A stretch of DNA of 64,000 nucleotides from an uncultured Nitrososphaerota archaeon (GCA_963703285.1 OY969807.1:1888001-1952000), one strand, 5' to 3'. Positions 49,157 through 59,792 are shown, numbered from the stretch's first letter. Notes: generated by a model from the sequence alone, not told the origin. Program-made: numbers and translations.

Positions 49157-49955
49157 CCCCCTCAGGCTCTGCGTCATCGGGGCGACCGGGCGCATGGGGA
49201 GCACGATCGTGAGGGAAGCTCCCGCGAGTCGGTTCAAGATCACCGGCGCAGTCGCAGCGGAGGGCGAACCAGCGGTAGGCAAGACCCTGAGGGAGCTCGG
49301 CATCGCCGACATCGACCTCAGGGTGGTCGGTCCCACCTCTCTCAGCGAGACCCTCAGGTCGGCCGACGTCTGCCTCTCTTTCACGAGCCCTGCTGCGGAG
49401 GTCTCGAACATCCTGATGGTGGTCGCCTCGGTCAGACCCTTGATTCTCGGCACGACGGGCTTCTCCGAGTCCCAGCAGGGATACGTACTCGACGCGCTGC
49501 GAGGGGAGATCCCGTGCGTCATGTCGTCGAACTTCTCCATAGGCGCGAACGTCCTCTTCGCGATGGCATCCAGCCTGAAGAACCTCCCCCCAGACTTCGA
49601 CGTCAGCGTCCTCGAGATGCATCACTCCGGCAAGGCCGACGCCCCCAGCGGGACCGCGAAGACCATTGCAGAACTGGTGTCGAAGGCGAGGGGCTACTCC
49701 ACCACGGTCCACGGGAGGTCCGGCCTCTCCAAGCGCGCGAAGGGCGAGCTGGAGGTCGCCTCATTCAGGGGCGGCGGGATGCCGGGCGAGCACGCGATAT
49801 ACGCGTTCGGGCCCAACGAGATGCTGAAGTTCGAGCACCTGGCCTTCTCGAGGTCGGCCTTCGCGCAGGGAGCGCTCCTCGCCGCGAGCTGGATAACCCA
49901 GAAGCGGGAGCCGAGGGTCTACAGCATGATGGACGTCCTCGGTTTCACTGCCTGA
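49143..49955 (+). CDS. dapB: 4-hydroxy-tetrahydrodipicolinate reductase
   Basis: GATGRMG, GTTG, NFSIG, EMHHSGKADAPSGTA, FAQGA. Confidence 0.92.
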   Translation: MPDTNPLRLCVIGATGRMGSTIVREAPASRFKITGAVAAEGEPAVGKTLRELGIADIDLRVVGPTSLSETLRSADVCLSFTSPAAEVSNILMVVASVRPLILGTTGFSESQQGYVLDALRGEIPCVMSSNFSIGANVLFAMASSLKNLPPDFDVSVLEMHHSGKADAPSGTAKTIAELVSKARGYSTTVHGRSGLSKRAKGELEVASFRGGGMPGEHAIYAFGPNEMLKFEHLAFSRSAFAQGALLAASWITQKREPRVYSMMDVLGFTA

Positions 49956-49958
49956 AAC

Positions 49959-51137
49959 TTAGTTTTCGTAGAGAGCTTCGTGCGTCTCCGGCCTCCCGTC
50001 CGTCATCAGCCTGTATCCTGTCTCCGTGACGAGCAGCGTCTCGCCAATCCTGCTGCCGCCCGTCTTCAGGTCGTCATAGAGAGTGATGGCCGGCTCGATG
50101 GCGAGGACGTGACCGGGCTTGAGCCTCTGTGACGGCGCCCTCCTCCCGGGTTCTGGAGAGAAGGGGGGTTCGTACACGTTCATGCCCACTCCGTGGAGTA
50201 TGGGCTGTATCCTGCTGAACGAGTAGTCCGCGTACCCTCTCTCTGTTATCACCCTCTCGGCAGCCTCGTGGACCTCCAGGGTGGTGGCGCCCGGCTTCGT
50301 GGCCCTCAGCGCGGCCCTGAACGAGTCGTAGGTCGCAGAGTAGATGTCCCGCTGGCGCTGGCTTGGCTTGCCGATGACCGTCGTGGTCGTGATGTCCGTG
50401 TTGTATCCCTTGAAAATCGTGGCGTATCCCAGGATCAGCAGCTCTCCCGACCGCACTATCTTGTCTGAGTCGTGCCTCAGCATCAGGCCCGTGTTCAGCC
50501 CGGAGAACGTGGCGAGACTCCATGACATGCCCTCGGCTCCCATCCTCCGAGCGGCATACTCACCCTCGGCCGCTATCTCGTATTCCCTCACCCCGGGCCT
50601 GGCAAAGGCGAGAGCTGCCCTTATCGAGGCCCCTGTCGCCTTCGCCGCCTCTCGCATCAGCGCCACCTCCTCCTCGAGCTTGACGGCCCGCTCCTCGGCA
50701 ACATCGCCCCCGACGTTGAGCAGTTCGACGCCCTTCGAGGCGGTCTCCAGCGCCCGTCGCTCCTCGAAGCCGAGCTGGTCGTAGCCCACCCTCTTGCACC
50801 CGTAGTCGCGGAAGACCGCCGAGACCTCTTCAGCCCTGCCGAGCGTGTGCATGATTCGCATGTCGTTGATCCAGGTCAGGTAGTGCTTCGAGTGCATGTA
50901 GTCCCCGGCGACGGTGAGGAGGACCACGTCTCCGGCCACCGTCACGACCGAGGAGTAGCTGTTCTGGAACCACATGCTCACGACGGGGCGGAGGTCCGTC
51001 GAGTACCGCACGTTCTCGATCCTGTTGAGGTAGAGCGCGTCAAGACCCTCCCTCTTCATGAGTCCGACGAGCTTCTTGAGCTTCTTCCTCCTGAAGGAGT
51101 CCCAGTCGATCTTGTTCGAGGCCCTGCTTCTCTGCAC
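49959..51137 (-). CDS. M24 family (Xaa-Pro peptidase/creatinase-like) protein
   Basis: NVRYST, ARPGVREYE, GYNTDIT, HGVGMNVYEPP, AIEP, RIGET. Confidence 0.85.
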   Translation of the reverse strand: MQRSRASNKIDWDSFRRKKLKKLVGLMKREGLDALYLNRIENVRYSTDLRPVVSMWFQNSYSSVVTVAGDVVLLTVAGDYMHSKHYLTWINDMRIMHTLGRAEEVSAVFRDYGCKRVGYDQLGFEERRALETASKGVELLNVGGDVAEERAVKLEEEVALMREAAKATGASIRAALAFARPGVREYEIAAEGEYAARRMGAEGMSWSLATFSGLNTGLMLRHDSDKIVRSGELLILGYATIFKGYNTDITTTTVIGKPSQRQRDIYSATYDSFRAALRATKPGATTLEVHEAAERVITERGYADYSFSRIQPILHGVGMNVYEPPFSPEPGRRAPSQRLKPGHVLAIEPAITLYDDLKTGGSRIGETLLVTETGYRLMTDGRPETHEALYEN

Positions 51138-51281
51138 GACGAATACGCAGGCCTGGGGAGTTTTTTAACCCTTAGCGACACGCACGGCGCAGGTTTCAGG
51201 GAATTCAGCTTCTGACCCAGAACTTTTCTCCTGAACCCTTTAGAATATGGAATTTTCTTCCCGCTCAGAGATACCCTAGAC

Positions 51282-52832
51282 GTGAAAACCAAGATTCTCG
51301 CGACCGCCCTAGTGGTCGCCATCATTCTCTTTCTCCCCATGGTGGCGAGCACCTCCAGCACGCTGACCTTCACGAGCCCCGCCTCGGGCGCCTCGCTGAG
51401 CGGCACCGAAGCTTACGTGATTAAGGGGACGATCACCCCGACACCGGCGCCCCCCGACAACGTCTTCATCTCCGTCTCCCCCCAGGGATCGAACAACGTG
51501 CTCGACGCCCAGCAGGTGACCCTCGCCAGCAACGGTACCTTCTCCTACTCGACGAACGTCGGAGGGAACAGTGCCTGGACGCCGGGCACCTACGTCATAA
51601 CGGCGTTCGACTCCTACGGCACAAAGGGCAGCACGACCTTCACCTATGACATGAACACCACTACCACCTCGACGAGCACCTCCACGTCTACCTCGACGAG
51701 CACGTCCACAACCGCGTCGACCTCGGCGTCAGTGAACTGCTCCCCGTCTTCCGTGAGCGTGGGATCCCCCTCGATTTGCACCGCCGCCGTAACCGGTTCT
51801 GCGCCCACAGGCACAGTAAGTTGGAGTCAGAGCACCCTCCTCGCCGGACCCCAGGGATCCGTGACCTTCTCGTCTGCGTCGTGCAGCCTTTCGGACGGAA
51901 CCTGCTCTGTCGAAGCGACGGGAGCTTCCATAGGCTCGGTTCAGGTGCAGGCCTCCTACGGCGGGGACGCGAACAACCTGGGGAGCTCGAACACCTTCTC
52001 GCTTGCCGTGACGACACCAACGCTTGCAGTCAGCCCGAACCAGGGACCCGCGGGAGTCTCCACGAAGCTCTCCGGCTCGGGATACTCCTTCTCCTCCACC
52101 TACGACTACTGCTATGAGGCGGACTCGCCGAGCGCTACAGCATGCTCCCCAGCCCATACGTTCACGACGAGCGCCTCCGGCTCCATACCTGCGGGGGAAT
52201 CCGTCACCACCAGCGAATCCAGCAATGGCCTCGTTGTTGTGAGTGACCCGGTGTCTGGCAGCGTGGTTAGCTCGGCCGGATTCACCATAACCTCGCCGGC
52301 GATAACCCTCGACCCCTCTTCTGGTTTCGTGGGCTCTTCGGTCACCGTCTCAGGTTCAGGCTTCTCCGTGAACACAACGATCGGGACGTTCACCTATGCC
52401 GGGACCAGTCCTTCCAATCAGACCTGCACCTCGCAGACCACATCCTCGACGGGCGGGTTCTCCTGCACGTTCACCGTGCCCGCCTCGAGCGGTACCAACA
52501 CGATAGTGGCGTCGGGCAGTGATATCGCCTCCCTGTCAGCAGATACCGCGTCTTCACCCTTCACAGTCCTCGTCCTCACCACGACGTCTACGACCTCATC
52601 AACCACGTCCACGACGTCTTCTACGACCTCGACGTTCTCGCAGTCGTTCCCGACCACCAGCACCACCTCAACCACGACGACCTCATCCTCGGCGGCAAGC
52701 AGCACGAGCCTCTCGCCCGCTTTCGGCATCGGAGTGACGGTAGTCCTGCTGGTCGTCTCGCTCTCCCTCCTTACGGGAGCCCGTAGGGCCGGCAAGCCCG
52801 CGCCGGTCGCCCGTCCGTCATTGACGTCTTAA
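51282..52832 (+). CDS. Secreted Ser/Thr-rich cell-surface protein with Ig-like domains and C-terminal TM anchor
   Basis: Signal peptide; poly-TS linkers; YGGDANN Ig-like motif; paired Cys; C-terminal hydrophobic helix followed by RR. Confidence 0.8.
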   Translation: MKTKILATALVVAIILFLPMVASTSSTLTFTSPASGASLSGTEAYVIKGTITPTPAPPDNVFISVSPQGSNNVLDAQQVTLASNGTFSYSTNVGGNSAWTPGTYVITAFDSYGTKGSTTFTYDMNTTTTSTSTSTSTSTSTSTTASTSASVNCSPSSVSVGSPSICTAAVTGSAPTGTVSWSQSTLLAGPQGSVTFSSASCSLSDGTCSVEATGASIGSVQVQASYGGDANNLGSSNTFSLAVTTPTLAVSPNQGPAGVSTKLSGSGYSFSSTYDYCYEADSPSATACSPAHTFTTSASGSIPAGESVTTSESSNGLVVVSDPVSGSVVSSAGFTITSPAITLDPSSGFVGSSVTVSGSGFSVNTTIGTFTYAGTSPSNQTCTSQTTSSTGGFSCTFTVPASSGTNTIVASGSDIASLSADTASSPFTVLVLTTTSTTSSTTSTTSSTTSTFSQSFPTTSTTSTTTTSSSAASSTSLSPAFGIGVTVVLLVVSLSLLTGARRAGKPAPVARPSLTS

Positions 52833-52874
52833 TCATTCTTAAGGCGGGTCCGCCCAACTTCGCCGGCATACTCG

Positions 52875-53774
52875 TTGAGCACAAGTCCGCGCGGAGGGGC
52901 GTCCAGACTCAGGCGGCTGATCAAGAGGGATGGGTGCACGCCCGTGCCGGGCGTCTTCAGCCCATCCGTGGGACTCCTCGCCGCCAGGGCCGGGTTCGAG
53001 GCGCTCTACTTCTCGGGGGCCGCATTCTCCGGCTTGCTCGGCCTCCCCGACCTCGGCGTGACGACCCTGACCGAGGTGGCGACGGCCGTCGCCCAGATAA
53101 CCTCGAGGGTCGACCTGCCCCTGATAGTCGACGCCGACACCGGTTTCGGCGAGACCGTCAACGTCGCCCGGACGGCGGCCGAGATGGTGAAGGCTGGGGC
53201 CGCGGCCATACAGGTCGAGGACCAGGTCATGCCGAAGAGGTGCGGCCACCTCGAGGGAAAGCGGCTCGTCAGCGAGGAGGAGATGGCGGAGAAGCTCATC
53301 GCGGCCAGGGAGGCCGCGGGAATTGGGCTCGTGTTAGTGGCTCGGACCGACGCCGCCTCCGTCGAGGGCATCGACGCCGCCGTCAGCAGGGCGAGGCTCT
53401 ACCTCAGAGCGGGGGCTGACGTGATCTTCCCGGAGGCGCTCCGCGACGCCGGCGAATTCCGGGAAGTCGCCAGGAAGGTGCCCGGCCCCCTCCTCGCGAA
53501 CATGACCGAGTTCGGAAGGACCGAGTACATCTCTGTCTCTCAGTTCGAGAAGCTGGGCTACAGGCTCGTGATTTTCCCGGTCACGACCTTCAGGGTGATG
53601 ATGAGGTCCGTCGAGGAGGCGCTCGGAGAGCTCGCCTCGAGGGGGACGCAGAGGCGGCTTCTGAAGCGGATGATGGGCAGAGAGGAGTTCTACGACCTCA
53701 TAGGCTACCGCGCGTACGAGGCCCTGGACGGAAAGGTTTCGACCAGAGCGAAACGATTGATGGATACCAATTAA
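52875..53774 (+). CDS. prpB: 2-methylisocitrate lyase
   Basis: GLPDLG, VDADTGFG, EDQVMPKRCGH, ARTDA, LANMTEFG. Confidence 0.92.
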   Translation: MSTSPRGGASRLRRLIKRDGCTPVPGVFSPSVGLLAARAGFEALYFSGAAFSGLLGLPDLGVTTLTEVATAVAQITSRVDLPLIVDADTGFGETVNVARTAAEMVKAGAAAIQVEDQVMPKRCGHLEGKRLVSEEEMAEKLIAAREAAGIGLVLVARTDAASVEGIDAAVSRARLYLRAGADVIFPEALRDAGEFREVARKVPGPLLANMTEFGRTEYISVSQFEKLGYRLVIFPVTTFRVMMRSVEEALGELASRGTQRRLLKRMMGREEFYDLIGYRAYEALDGKVSTRAKRLMDTN

Positions 53775-53783
53775 TAGTGGCGA

Positions 53784-54923
53784 ATGGAAATCAACGCTGA
53801 AATATCTGCGATGCCAGAGACGATTCGCGCGCCCGACGGTCTCTACGGAGTGGCTGTCGCGGAGACGAGCGTCTCAAGGGGCAGCCCCGACGGTAAGCTC
53901 ACGTTCAGGGGCTACCCGGTCGAGGAACTCTTCGAGAAGGCCTCGTACGAGGAGTGCGCGTTCCTCATCATGGAGGGGAGGCTCCCGCGGAAGGCCGAGC
54001 TCGACGCGTTCGAAGAAAGGCTCCGGCTCCATGCCAGGGTTCCGGACAACGTCTACGAAGTCGTGCGCGCTCTCCCCAGGGACGGCCACCTCATGGACCT
54101 GCTCAGGACCGCCGTCTCGGCCCTCGGAGCGAGCGAGGCGTCGCTCGGAGCGAAGGACCAGCAGTACTCGCTGGTCGCGAAGATGCCCACGCTGGCGGCG
54201 AACTGCTACAGGATATCCAAGGGGTTGCCGACCGTCGAGCCCGACCCTCTGCTGGGCCACGCTGCCAACCTGCTCTACATGATCAGTGGGAGCCGCCCGG
54301 AGAAGTTCGACGCGTGGGCCTTCGAGCGCGAGCTGATACTCTACCTCGAGCACGACATGAACGCGTCGACGTTCACGGTGAGGGTCGTCGCCTCCACCCT
54401 CGCCGACATCTACGCCGCATCCACGGCGGGCCTGGCCTCGCTCAAGGGCCCCCTGCACGGCGGGGCGAACGAGGGGGCGATGGAGATGCTCTTGGAGATA
54501 GGCTCTCCGGACAGGGCGGTCCCCTACGTGAAGGAGGCGCTCTCACAGGGGAGGAAGCTCCTGGGCTTCGGCCACAGGGTCTACAAGAAGGTGGACCCGA
54601 GGGCCGCCCTGAGCAAAGGAATGCTCAAGCGGCTCCTGGACGAGAGGGGCAAGGGCGACGACCTCTACGTGCTCTGCGAGGCTGTCTCCTCCGCCATGTG
54701 GGACGCGAAGAAGATTCCGGCGAACCTCGACTTCTACGCGGCGCCGATCTTCTACACGCTCTCGATACCGATACCCCTCTACACGCCGATATTCGCCTCG
54801 AGCAGGATCGTCGGGTGGACGGCGCACTACAACGAGCAGATAGCACGGAACAAGCTCTTCAGGCCCGACTCGACCTACGTCGGCTCGAAGGACCTCGCCT
54901 ACGTGCCACTGGACAAGCGATGA
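53784..54923 (+). CDS. prpC: Citrate / 2-methylcitrate synthase
   Basis: EHDMNAST, GPLHGGANE, GFGHRVYK..DPR, NLDFY; follows prpB. Confidence 0.8.
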   Translation: MEINAEISAMPETIRAPDGLYGVAVAETSVSRGSPDGKLTFRGYPVEELFEKASYEECAFLIMEGRLPRKAELDAFEERLRLHARVPDNVYEVVRALPRDGHLMDLLRTAVSALGASEASLGAKDQQYSLVAKMPTLAANCYRISKGLPTVEPDPLLGHAANLLYMISGSRPEKFDAWAFERELILYLEHDMNASTFTVRVVASTLADIYAASTAGLASLKGPLHGGANEGAMEMLLEIGSPDRAVPYVKEALSQGRKLLGFGHRVYKKVDPRAALSKGMLKRLLDERGKGDDLYVLCEAVSSAMWDAKKIPANLDFYAAPIFYTLSIPIPLYTPIFASSRIVGWTAHYNEQIARNKLFRPDSTYVGSKDLAYVPLDKR

Positions 54924-56285
54924 CTAGAGCGCGCAGAGCTCGGCGAGGGAGGCCGCTCGGTCCCGCTTCTCGAGGCTCCAGGCGAAGTCGGCCACCTCGC
55001 GGGCCTGCGACTCATCGAAGAACCTCTTCGTGAGCAGTCTGAACTTCGCATCCACCTCCTCCTGCGTCATCGGGTTGTTCGGATGGCCCTTCGGGTCGTC
55101 GACCTGCACCGTCACCGTCCTCCCGCCCCTGAGCCTGAGGGTGACGCGGTTGGCGACGTGCGCGGGATAGGACTCCGTGAGCGACCTGTCCTCCATCACC
55201 TTGATCCTCTTCATGAAGGAGAGGACGCGGCGGTCGGAGAGGTACCTCGCAGAGTAGGTGGAGTTGTCGACCCTGCCATGAAGAAGCGCCATCCCCACCA
55301 TGTAGGGCATGCTGTGGTCGGCGGTCTCCCTTGTGGAGGGGGCCCACTTCTCCCTGTCCTTCCCGAGTATCGTGTAGCCGGCCTCTTGGGTCTCGACCTC
55401 GACGGAGACGATCTCCTCGGGGTCCCCGGCCTCCTCGCGAGCCTGCAGGGCTGCCCAGATCGCGCTCTGCGCGTGGTACTCGGCGGGGAAGTACTTGATG
55501 TACGTCTCGCCGAGCTTGAAGCGTCTCCTCGCGCCGCCGAAGCTCCCGGTCTCGAGCTCGAACGGACCGGAGACCTGCCTGAAGAATCCCATCTCTCCCT
55601 CGAAGATCGGGGAGGGGCCCGTCATCCCGTTGGCCGCGAGCATCGCTGCGAAGACCGCGTTCCTCGCCGCGTTGGCGAAGGACGCGCCCTTCCATTCCGA
55701 GAGCTCCCCCGCCCGCACCTGCCGCATCGCGATGTGGGAGTTGAGGGAGATGTTGACCGCGTGTGTGAGCTGCTCCCTCGAGAGGCCCATGATCCTCCCC
55801 GCAGCCAGGGCGGTGGAGACGAGCCCATAGCAGACGTGGTCCCACCCCCTGTGCCTGATGTCGGCGGCGTCGCACAGCCTGCACTGGATCTCGTAGGCCA
55901 GGACGATGGCCGCGAGGAGGTCCTTCCCGGTGGCCTTCTCCCGCTCCCCGACCGCCAGGCAGGCCGGGATGTTGTCGCTCGGGTGGCCGGGTTCCCTCGA
56001 CAGGTAGGTGTCGTTGTAGTCGAAGTACCTCACCATCAAGCCGTTCACGAAAGCGGCCACGTCCGCGCTCGTCCTGGAGGTGGTGCCCAGGATCGTCGAT
56101 GCCCCGCCGCGATGCTCGGACCTGGCGACCTTCCTCGCGATCCTCACCGGCGACTCGGCGTAGGCGCCGATGGCGCACCCTATGCTGTCGACGATCCTCT
56201 TCTTGGCCTCAGCGAGAACGTCCTCCCCGATGTCCGCGTACTCCAGTCCCAGAGCGTACTCGCTCAGCCTTTCTGCTAGGTTCAT
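54924..56285 (-). CDS. prpD: 2-methylcitrate dehydratase (MmgE/PrpD)
   Basis: RYFDYNDT...GHPSDN, GWDH, RAGELSEWKG, PAEYHAQ, ETADHS, PKGHP. Confidence 0.92.
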   Translation of the reverse strand: MNLAERLSEYALGLEYADIGEDVLAEAKKRIVDSIGCAIGAYAESPVRIARKVARSEHRGGASTILGTTSRTSADVAAFVNGLMVRYFDYNDTYLSREPGHPSDNIPACLAVGEREKATGKDLLAAIVLAYEIQCRLCDAADIRHRGWDHVCYGLVSTALAAGRIMGLSREQLTHAVNISLNSHIAMRQVRAGELSEWKGASFANAARNAVFAAMLAANGMTGPSPIFEGEMGFFRQVSGPFELETGSFGGARRRFKLGETYIKYFPAEYHAQSAIWAALQAREEAGDPEEIVSVEVETQEAGYTILGKDREKWAPSTRETADHSMPYMVGMALLHGRVDNSTYSARYLSDRRVLSFMKRIKVMEDRSLTESYPAHVANRVTLRLRGGRTVTVQVDDPKGHPNNPMTQEEVDAKFRLLTKRFFDESQAREVADFAWSLEKRDRAASLAELCAL

Positions 56286-57246
56286 CTTGACGCTTCGGGA
56301 GACCGGGCGCGCCCCGATATCTCCGTTGGCTCTCCGCCAGGGCCTCCGCCGCCTGACGGAAGGTGACCGACCCGTCCGAGACCTTCCTCGCGAGCTCGAG
56401 CGACTCCTCCCGGGCCCTGCCCTCGAACCCACGGAGCAGCCTCTTCTTCGCCAGCTCCATGATCATCCCCCCTGCGCTCCTGAGCCTCATCTCCTCCCCG
56501 CCCGGAGAGAGGAACCTACCCCTCAGCGCCTCGATGGCGTCGAGGAAGTCATCGACCCCCTCCCCGCCCAGCGCCGAGACCTTGAGCACTGGCGGGCTCC
56601 TGCCCTTCATGTCGCGGACCATGGAGAGCAGATTAACCACCATCGCGTCGGCGCCGGCCAGGTCCGACTTGTTCACGACGTAGACGTCCCCAATCTCCAT
56701 GAGGCCCGCCTTCGAGACCTGGACGTCGTCGCCCAGTCCCGGCATCGTGACCACCGCCACCGCGTGGACGATCTTCATCACCTCTATGTCTGACTGGCCT
56801 ATCCCGACCGTCTCCACGATCACCACGTCCATCCCCGCGGCGTCCAGAATCTGAATCGCTTCGGAGACCGCCCCCGACAGCCCGCCGCTCCAGCCGCGGG
56901 AGGCCATGCTCCTGATGAAGACGCCCCCGTCCAGGGTGTGCCGGACCATCCTCACCCTGTCCCCCAGCAGGGCGCCACCCGTGATCGGGCTGGTCGGGTC
57001 CACCGCTATGACCCCGACCTTCTTGCCCTTCTTCCTGTAACCGGTTATGATGCGGTCGACGAGGGTGCTCTTCCCGGTCCCCGGGGGGCCGGTGACGCCG
57101 AGGATGAACGCCCTCCCGAGGCTTCCCCCTAACCCGTCCAGCAGGTCCGCCGAATCGTCGCCGTTCTCCACGAGCGTTATCGCCCTGGCGACGGCTCCCC
57201 TCTCTCCCTTCAGGACACGGCTGGCCAGAGTGCCCGTTCTCAACAC
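56209..57246 (-). CDS. meaB: Acyl-CoA mutase chaperone GTPase (MeaB/ArgK)
   Basis: GVTGPPGTGKST, VDPTSP..GGALLGDRVRM, ETVGIGQ, KAGLME, NKSD; start reassigned to GTG 57246. Confidence 0.9.
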   Translation of the reverse strand: MLRTGTLASRVLKGERGAVARAITLVENGDDSADLLDGLGGSLGRAFILGVTGPPGTGKSTLVDRIITGYRKKGKKVGVIAVDPTSPITGGALLGDRVRMVRHTLDGGVFIRSMASRGWSGGLSGAVSEAIQILDAAGMDVVIVETVGIGQSDIEVMKIVHAVAVVTMPGLGDDVQVSKAGLMEIGDVYVVNKSDLAGADAMVVNLLSMVRDMKGRSPPVLKVSALGGEGVDDFLDAIEALRGRFLSPGGEEMRLRSAGGMIMELAKKRLLRGFEGRAREESLELARKVSDGSVTFRQAAEALAESQRRYRGAPGLPKRQDEPSRKAERVRSGTGVRGHRGGRSR

Positions 57247-57329
57247 GCGACCGGTCGCGTCGACCTCCCCGTCTTCAATTAAAGGTAGCCCTCCCTTATT
57301 ATCCGGGACCGGAAGACCCGGCCTCACCC

Positions 57330-58004
57330 TTGTCGCTCGTCGAGTGGACCAGGAGGAGGACGCGGCTGGATCCCCGGGCCCTGGCGGTCGAGATGTGCTC
57401 CCGCCGCGCGCCAGAAGGGATGGTGGTCCAGGGGACCTCGGCTCGGGAAGGCCTGTCGTTCTCGGTGATCCTAAGACCCGAGCGCACCCCCCACGCGGGC
57501 CTCCTCCCAATCATCGCGACCTTCTGCGCCTCCGAAGGGACGAGGAAGGACACCGGCATGATTACTTGGATACGGTGGCCGGACGAGGTCGTGGTCGGAG
57601 GACTCGCGCTCGCCGTCACCTCGGTGACGCGGGGGGCGTCGGGGAGCTCCCCCTGGGCGGTCCTGAACTTCCGCTTCAACCTCGGGAGCGTCGGCATCCC
57701 GGGCTCGACCTCCCTCAGGGCCCTCCTCGGGGTGGACGTTGACCCCGACATGCTTGTCGGGAAGGTCCTCGACTCGCTCGCCTGGATGCATTCGGGCTGG
57801 GTGAAGGGCATGACGACGCAGGTCCTCGCCCGCATCACCTGGATGCTCGAGAGCCCTGGCGAGAGGGTCGCCGTCGAAGTGGAGGGAAGGGTGGTCCCGG
57901 GGGTCGCCAGGGGAGTGGACGAGGAAGGCAGGCTCATCGTCGAGCTGGACGGCACCGGCGCCCGCGTCGCCATCGAGGAGAAATCGCGGCTCCGCGCGCC
58001 CTGA
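57330..58004 (+). CDS. Degenerate biotin-protein ligase (BirA-like)
   Basis: GLSFSVILRP, IRWPDE (cf. KWPND), C-terminal GVARGVDEEGRLIV; GRGRxGR loop absent. Confidence 0.6.
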   Translation: MSLVEWTRRRTRLDPRALAVEMCSRRAPEGMVVQGTSAREGLSFSVILRPERTPHAGLLPIIATFCASEGTRKDTGMITWIRWPDEVVVGGLALAVTSVTRGASGSSPWAVLNFRFNLGSVGIPGSTSLRALLGVDVDPDMLVGKVLDSLAWMHSGWVKGMTTQVLARITWMLESPGERVAVEVEGRVVPGVARGVDEEGRLIVELDGTGARVAIEEKSRLRAP

Positions 58005-58043
58005 GGATATCGTTTATCAGTAGGCCGGTTGGTTCCGGGACCG

Positions 58044-59792
58044 ATGCTGAACTCGGGCGGAGACGCCTACTGGCCGAGGAAGGCGAGGTCCCTCGAGGTG
58101 AGGCGGAAGCAGAACGGGAAGGTCTTCGACGAGGCCGCCCTCAGGGACATCCGCCGCGGGATGAAGAAGTGGCAGGAGGAGGTCCTCGGCCCATCCCTCG
58201 GTGCGAAGGTGAGGGAGTACGAGACCGCCTCCGGGATACCCCTCGAACCGATATACACCCCAGGCGACGCGGGCGACATCCCCTTCTCGGAGGAGACGTT
58301 CCCGGGCGTCTACCCGTACACGAGGGGCGTCTATCCCTCCATGTACCGCGGGAGGCCCTGGACCATGAGGATGTTCTCGGGCTTCGGGGTGCCCGAGGAC
58401 ACCAACAGGCGGCTCAAGCTCCTGTTGGCGCACGGGGAGACCGGCCTGAGCATAGCGTTCGACATGCCCACCCTCTATGGCTACGACGCGGACCACGAGA
58501 AGGCGCACGGGGAGGTCGGCAGGTGCGGCGTCAACGTCTCGTCCCTCAGGGACATGGAGGTCATCTTCAAGGGGATACCGCTCGACAAGGTCAGCACGTC
58601 GATGACGATCAACGCGCCGGCCTCGGTCCTCACCTGCATGTACGCCGGCGTGGGAAGGACGACCGGCGTCCCCGCCGAGGCGCTGAAGGGGACGGTGCAG
58701 GCGGACATGCTCAAGGAGTACATAGCTCAGAAGGAGTGGGCGTACCCGCCCGAGGCCCACCTGCGCCTGGTGAGGGACATGATGGTCTACTGCACCAAGA
58801 ACATGCCCCTCTGGAACTACGTCAGCGTCAGCGGTTACCACATTCGCGAGGCGGGCTCGAGCGCGGTCCAGGAGCTGGCGTTCACCCTGGCCGACGGCTT
58901 CGGATACGTCGAGCTGGGGCTCGAGGCGGGTCTCAAGGTCGACGACTTCGCCCCGAGGCTGTCCTTCTTCTTCAACTCGACGATGGATTTCTTCGAGGAG
59001 ATAGCGAAGTTCAGGGCCGCTAGGAGGATCTGGGCGACCGTCCTGCGCGAGAAGTACGGAGCCAAGAGCCCCAGGAGCCTCCTCATGAGGTTCCACACCC
59101 AGACCTCGGGCGCCTCTCTCACCTGGCAGCAGCCCTACAACAACATCATCAGGACCGCCATAGAGGCGCTCGCGGCTGTCTTGGGGGGAACCCAGTCGCT
59201 TCACACCAACTCCTTCGACGAGGCGTGGGCGCTCCCGACGGAGGAGGCGGTCCAGGTCGCGCTCAGGACGCAGCAGATCATCGCCGAGGAGACAGGGGTG
59301 CCAAGCGTCATCGACCCCCTCGGAGGCTCATACTACGTCGAGTGGCTCACGGAGACGCTCGAGCGGGAGGCCTACAGGTACTTCGACAGGATCGACTCCG
59401 CAGGAGGCCTGCTCAAGGCCATAGAGTCGGGATACCTGCAGCGGGAGATAGCCGAGAACTCCTACAGGCTCTCCAAGCGCCTGGAGAGGGGGGAGGACGC
59501 GGTCGTGGGCGTCAACAAGTACCCCGTCAAGGAGGAGGCGCCCATCAACACGCTCAAGATCGATTTCAAGGCCCAGAGGCGGCAGATAGGCCGCCTGCGC
59601 AGGCTCAGGGCCGAGAGGGACAACGCCAGGGTCGAGTCCCTCCTCCAGAAGCTCGGGAAAGCCTACTCGGACCCGGACGCCAACGCGATCTACCCGATGA
59701 TGGAGGCCGTGATGGCCTACGCCACGCTCGGCGAGGTCATGCAGGTCGGTAGGGACGTGTGGGGCACGTGGAAGGAGCCCATAATCATCTAG
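58044..59792 (+). CDS. B12-dependent acyl-CoA mutase, large subunit (methylmalonyl-/isobutyryl-CoA mutase family)
   Basis: PGVYPYTRG, WTMRMFSGFG, SMTINA, SGYHIREAG, FHTQT, SLHTNSFDEA, DPLGGSYYVE. Confidence 0.95.
   Translation: MLNSGGDAYWPRKARSLEVRRKQNGKVFDEAALRDIRRGMKKWQEEVLGPSLGAKVREYETASGIPLEPIYTPGDAGDIPFSEETFPGVYPYTRGVYPSMYRGRPWTMRMFSGFGVPEDTNRRLKLLLAHGETGLSIAFDMPTLYGYDADHEKAHGEVGRCGVNVSSLRDMEVIFKGIPLDKVSTSMTINAPASVLTCMYAGVGRTTGVPAEALKGTVQADMLKEYIAQKEWAYPPEAHLRLVRDMMVYCTKNMPLWNYVSVSGYHIREAGSSAVQELAFTLADGFGYVELGLEAGLKVDDFAPRLSFFFNSTMDFFEEIAKFRAARRIWATVLREKYGAKSPRSLLMRFHTQTSGASLTWQQPYNNIIRTAIEALAAVLGGTQSLHTNSFDEAWALPTEEAVQVALRTQQIIAEETGVPSVIDPLGGSYYVEWLTETLEREAYRYFDRIDSAGGLLKAIESGYLQREIAENSYRLSKRLERGEDAVVGVNKYPVKEEAPINTLKIDFKAQRRQIGRLRRLRAERDNARVESLLQKLGKAYSDPDANAIYPMMEAVMAYATLGEVMQVGRDVWGTWKEPIII

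Noticed and set aside
51655-52705. Tandem DNA repeats
   Set aside because: They are degenerate codons of Thr/Ser-rich linkers in the surface protein, not an independent repeat element.
56209-56330. Functional C-terminal extension of MeaB
   Set aside because: Low-information Arg-rich tail overlapping the prpD start; likely stop-codon drift or an indel.
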